Origin: a virus
Taxonomy: Duplodnaviria; Caudoviricetes
Direction: 5' to 3' (one strand)
IMG/VR virus record: IMGVR_UViG_3300037760_000105
Span: 1-43,750 of that record
Length of the DNA: 43,750 nucleotides
This document shows, one piece after another, positions 42,300 through 43,750 of the stretch; position 1 is the stretch's first letter; every line of letters starts with the position of its first letter. A program made the translations under genes and the position numbers. A model generated the notes under the pieces. That model saw only the letters and a list, made by a program, of their open reading frames with translations, did no database searches and was not told the DNA's origin.

Positions 42300-43750
42300 T
42301 TCCAGCGACCGCGACCCGCAGGCCGCGGAAGGCGAAGAGGCCGGACCGGGACTACAGCGCGATCGCGATCCGGTTCGAGGACGATGTCCTAGCGGGGCGG
42401 TTCCCGACGGCGCCGATCTTCCGTGCCGCGATCGAGCGGCAGCGGCGCGACCTCGAGAAGCCGCCTGACGGGTTCGTCTTCTCTGCCGAGGAGGGGGACA
42501 AGTTCTGCCGCCGGGCGGAGCGGTTCCCGTTCGCGGGTGACGGGCCGAAGCGCGGGACCCCGTTCCACCTCGAGGCGTGGCAGGTGTGGGTCATACGCAC
42601 GCTGTTCGGGTGGGTGGACGAGGTCACCGGGGATCGGCGCTTCCGGGAGGCGTCGATCTGGCTTCCGAAGGGGAACGGCAAGACGCCCCTCGCGGCCCTG
42701 ATTGCTCTTTGCGTCCTCATGGTGGGGAAGGGCGGCGAGCAGGTTTACTCGGCGGCGACCACCCAGGACCAAGCGCGGCTCGTGTTCGATACGGCGCGCG
42801 AAATGCTCCTGCTCGACATCGATGCCGCTGCGGCTGCGGGGCGGAAGTCGATCGCCACGCACTTCGGGCTAGAGGTCGAGGAGCACAAGATCAAGGGAGG
42901 TCGGGACGGGAGGATCTACCGACCGATCTCCTCCGAGCACCGATCGGCAGAAGGCATCCGGCCCACGCTCGTCGTGTTGGACGAGGTCCACGTTCAGGCG
43001 AACCGGAAGCTCTACGACAACCTGAAGACCGCGGCGAACAAGGTGGACGGGTCGCTCCTGCTGGGGATCTCGACGGCCGGCAACGACATGACGCCCGGGG
43101 CTCTCGGGTGGCAGCTCTACAGCCGGGCGCGGACCATCCTCGAGGGCGGGACGGATTCCCCGTCCACGTTCGCGCTGATCGTGGAGGCGGACCGGAAGCG
43201 GGACCCGCTCGACTTTGAGACGTGGCGGCAGGCGAACCCGAACCTTGGGGTGTCGGTCTCGATCGCTGGCCTCAAGAGCGCGCTCCAGACAATGCGGGAG
43301 ACGCCCAGCGAGCGGCCCTCGCTAGAGGTTAAGCACCTCGGCTGGTGGCAGCAGACGGCTAACGCCTTCCTCGACGTCGCCCGGTGGAACGCCCTTGCCC
43401 ACCCCGATCTCCGGATCGAGGATCTCGACCCCGACGAAGGGTGGTCCGTGTTCGTGGGGATCGACCTTGCGCGGACGCGGGACCTGACGACGGCGGTCCC
43501 CGTCGCCGCCCGGGTGAGGGAGGACGGGAAGCGGGAATACCGGGTCTTTACGCGGTGGACCTACCTCCCCGCGGCGTCGGTGACGGTGAAGCAGATCCCG
43601 GACATCAGGGCGTGGGCCAAGGCCGGGTGGATCACCCTGCTCGAGGACGAGGACGGTACGCCGGCGGCGACCATGACGTTCCGCCCCCTCGTGGCGAAGG
43701 TGGTCGGTCTCGTGGAGCGGTTCCCGGACGTGCAGGCGTGTATTGACGAC
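42296..43750 (+). CDS. terL: Terminase large subunit, N-terminal ATPase part (about 591 aa in total across the join; absent from the ORF track)
   Basis: GTG 42296; 'LEAWQ', 'RRFREASIWLPKGNGKT', 'VYSAATTQDQA', 'VLDEVH', 'ISTAG', 'ANPNLG', 'GIDLA'. Confidence 0.95.
   Translation, partial: MIPATATRRPRKAKRPDRDYSAIAIRFEDDVLAGRFPTAPIFRAAIERQRRDLEKPPDGFVFSAEEGDKFCRRAERFPFAGDGPKRGTPFHLEAWQVWVIRTLFGWVDEVTGDRRFREASIWLPKGNGKTPLAALIALCVLMVGKGGEQVYSAATTQDQARLVFDTAREMLLLDIDAAAAAGRKSIATHFGLEVEEHKIKGGRDGRIYRPISSEHRSAEGIRPTLVVLDEVHVQANRKLYDNLKTAANKVDGSLLLGISTAGNDMTPGALGWQLYSRARTILEGGTDSPSTFALIVEADRKRDPLDFETWRQANPNLGVSVSIAGLKSALQTMRETPSERPSLEVKHLGWWQQTANAFLDVARWNALAHPDLRIEDLDPDEGWSVFVGIDLARTRDLTTAVPVAARVREDGKREYRVFTRWTYLPAASVTVKQIPDIRAWAKAGWITLLEDEDGTPAATMTFRPLVAKVVGLVERFPDVQACIDD
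43624..43750. repeat. Terminal direct repeat, copy 2 (circular assembly overlap)
   Basis: Identical to 1-127. Confidence 0.95.

Noticed and set aside
43624-43750. 127-bp terminal repeat as a biological direct terminal repeat
   Set aside because: It lies in the middle of terL, and 127 is a common assembler k-mer size, so it is best explained as circular contig overlap.

Overview
The window is an apparently complete, circularly permuted genome of a GC-rich temperate siphovirus of about 43,623 bp. Positions 1-127 are identical to 43624-43750, consistent with an assembler overlap, and the large terminase gene spans this join. Late genes on the + strand are HNH, terS, terL, HK97-type portal, ClpP protease, major capsid, neck and tail genes, and a fused tail-tip protein. 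These are followed by a two-lipoprotein antisense insert, a GH108 lysis region and a second module of fibre/adhesin genes. The tyrosine integrase, excisionase and a leftward early operon lie at 23.2-32 kb, followed by a CI/Cro-like switch and a rightward replication operon (MTase, DUF1376 initiator, DnaC-like loader, RNA ligase, RusA). Three observations stand out. (1) The putative attP next to the integrase carries the 3' end of an RNase P RNA (rnpB), implying integration into rnpB rather than a tRNA or tmRNA gene. (2) A four-copy motif, CTTG-N17/18-GGAGATGCGG-N4/5-start codon, sits at the head of each late transcription unit and suggests phage-specific leaderless late promoters. (3) Small accessory genes are bracketed by exact 18-21 bp gene-junction repeats, including an A-X-B-A-Y-B arrangement. 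A Myxococcota (Anaeromyxobacter-like) host is only an inference. Product calls come from motif recognition and synteny, not database searches.
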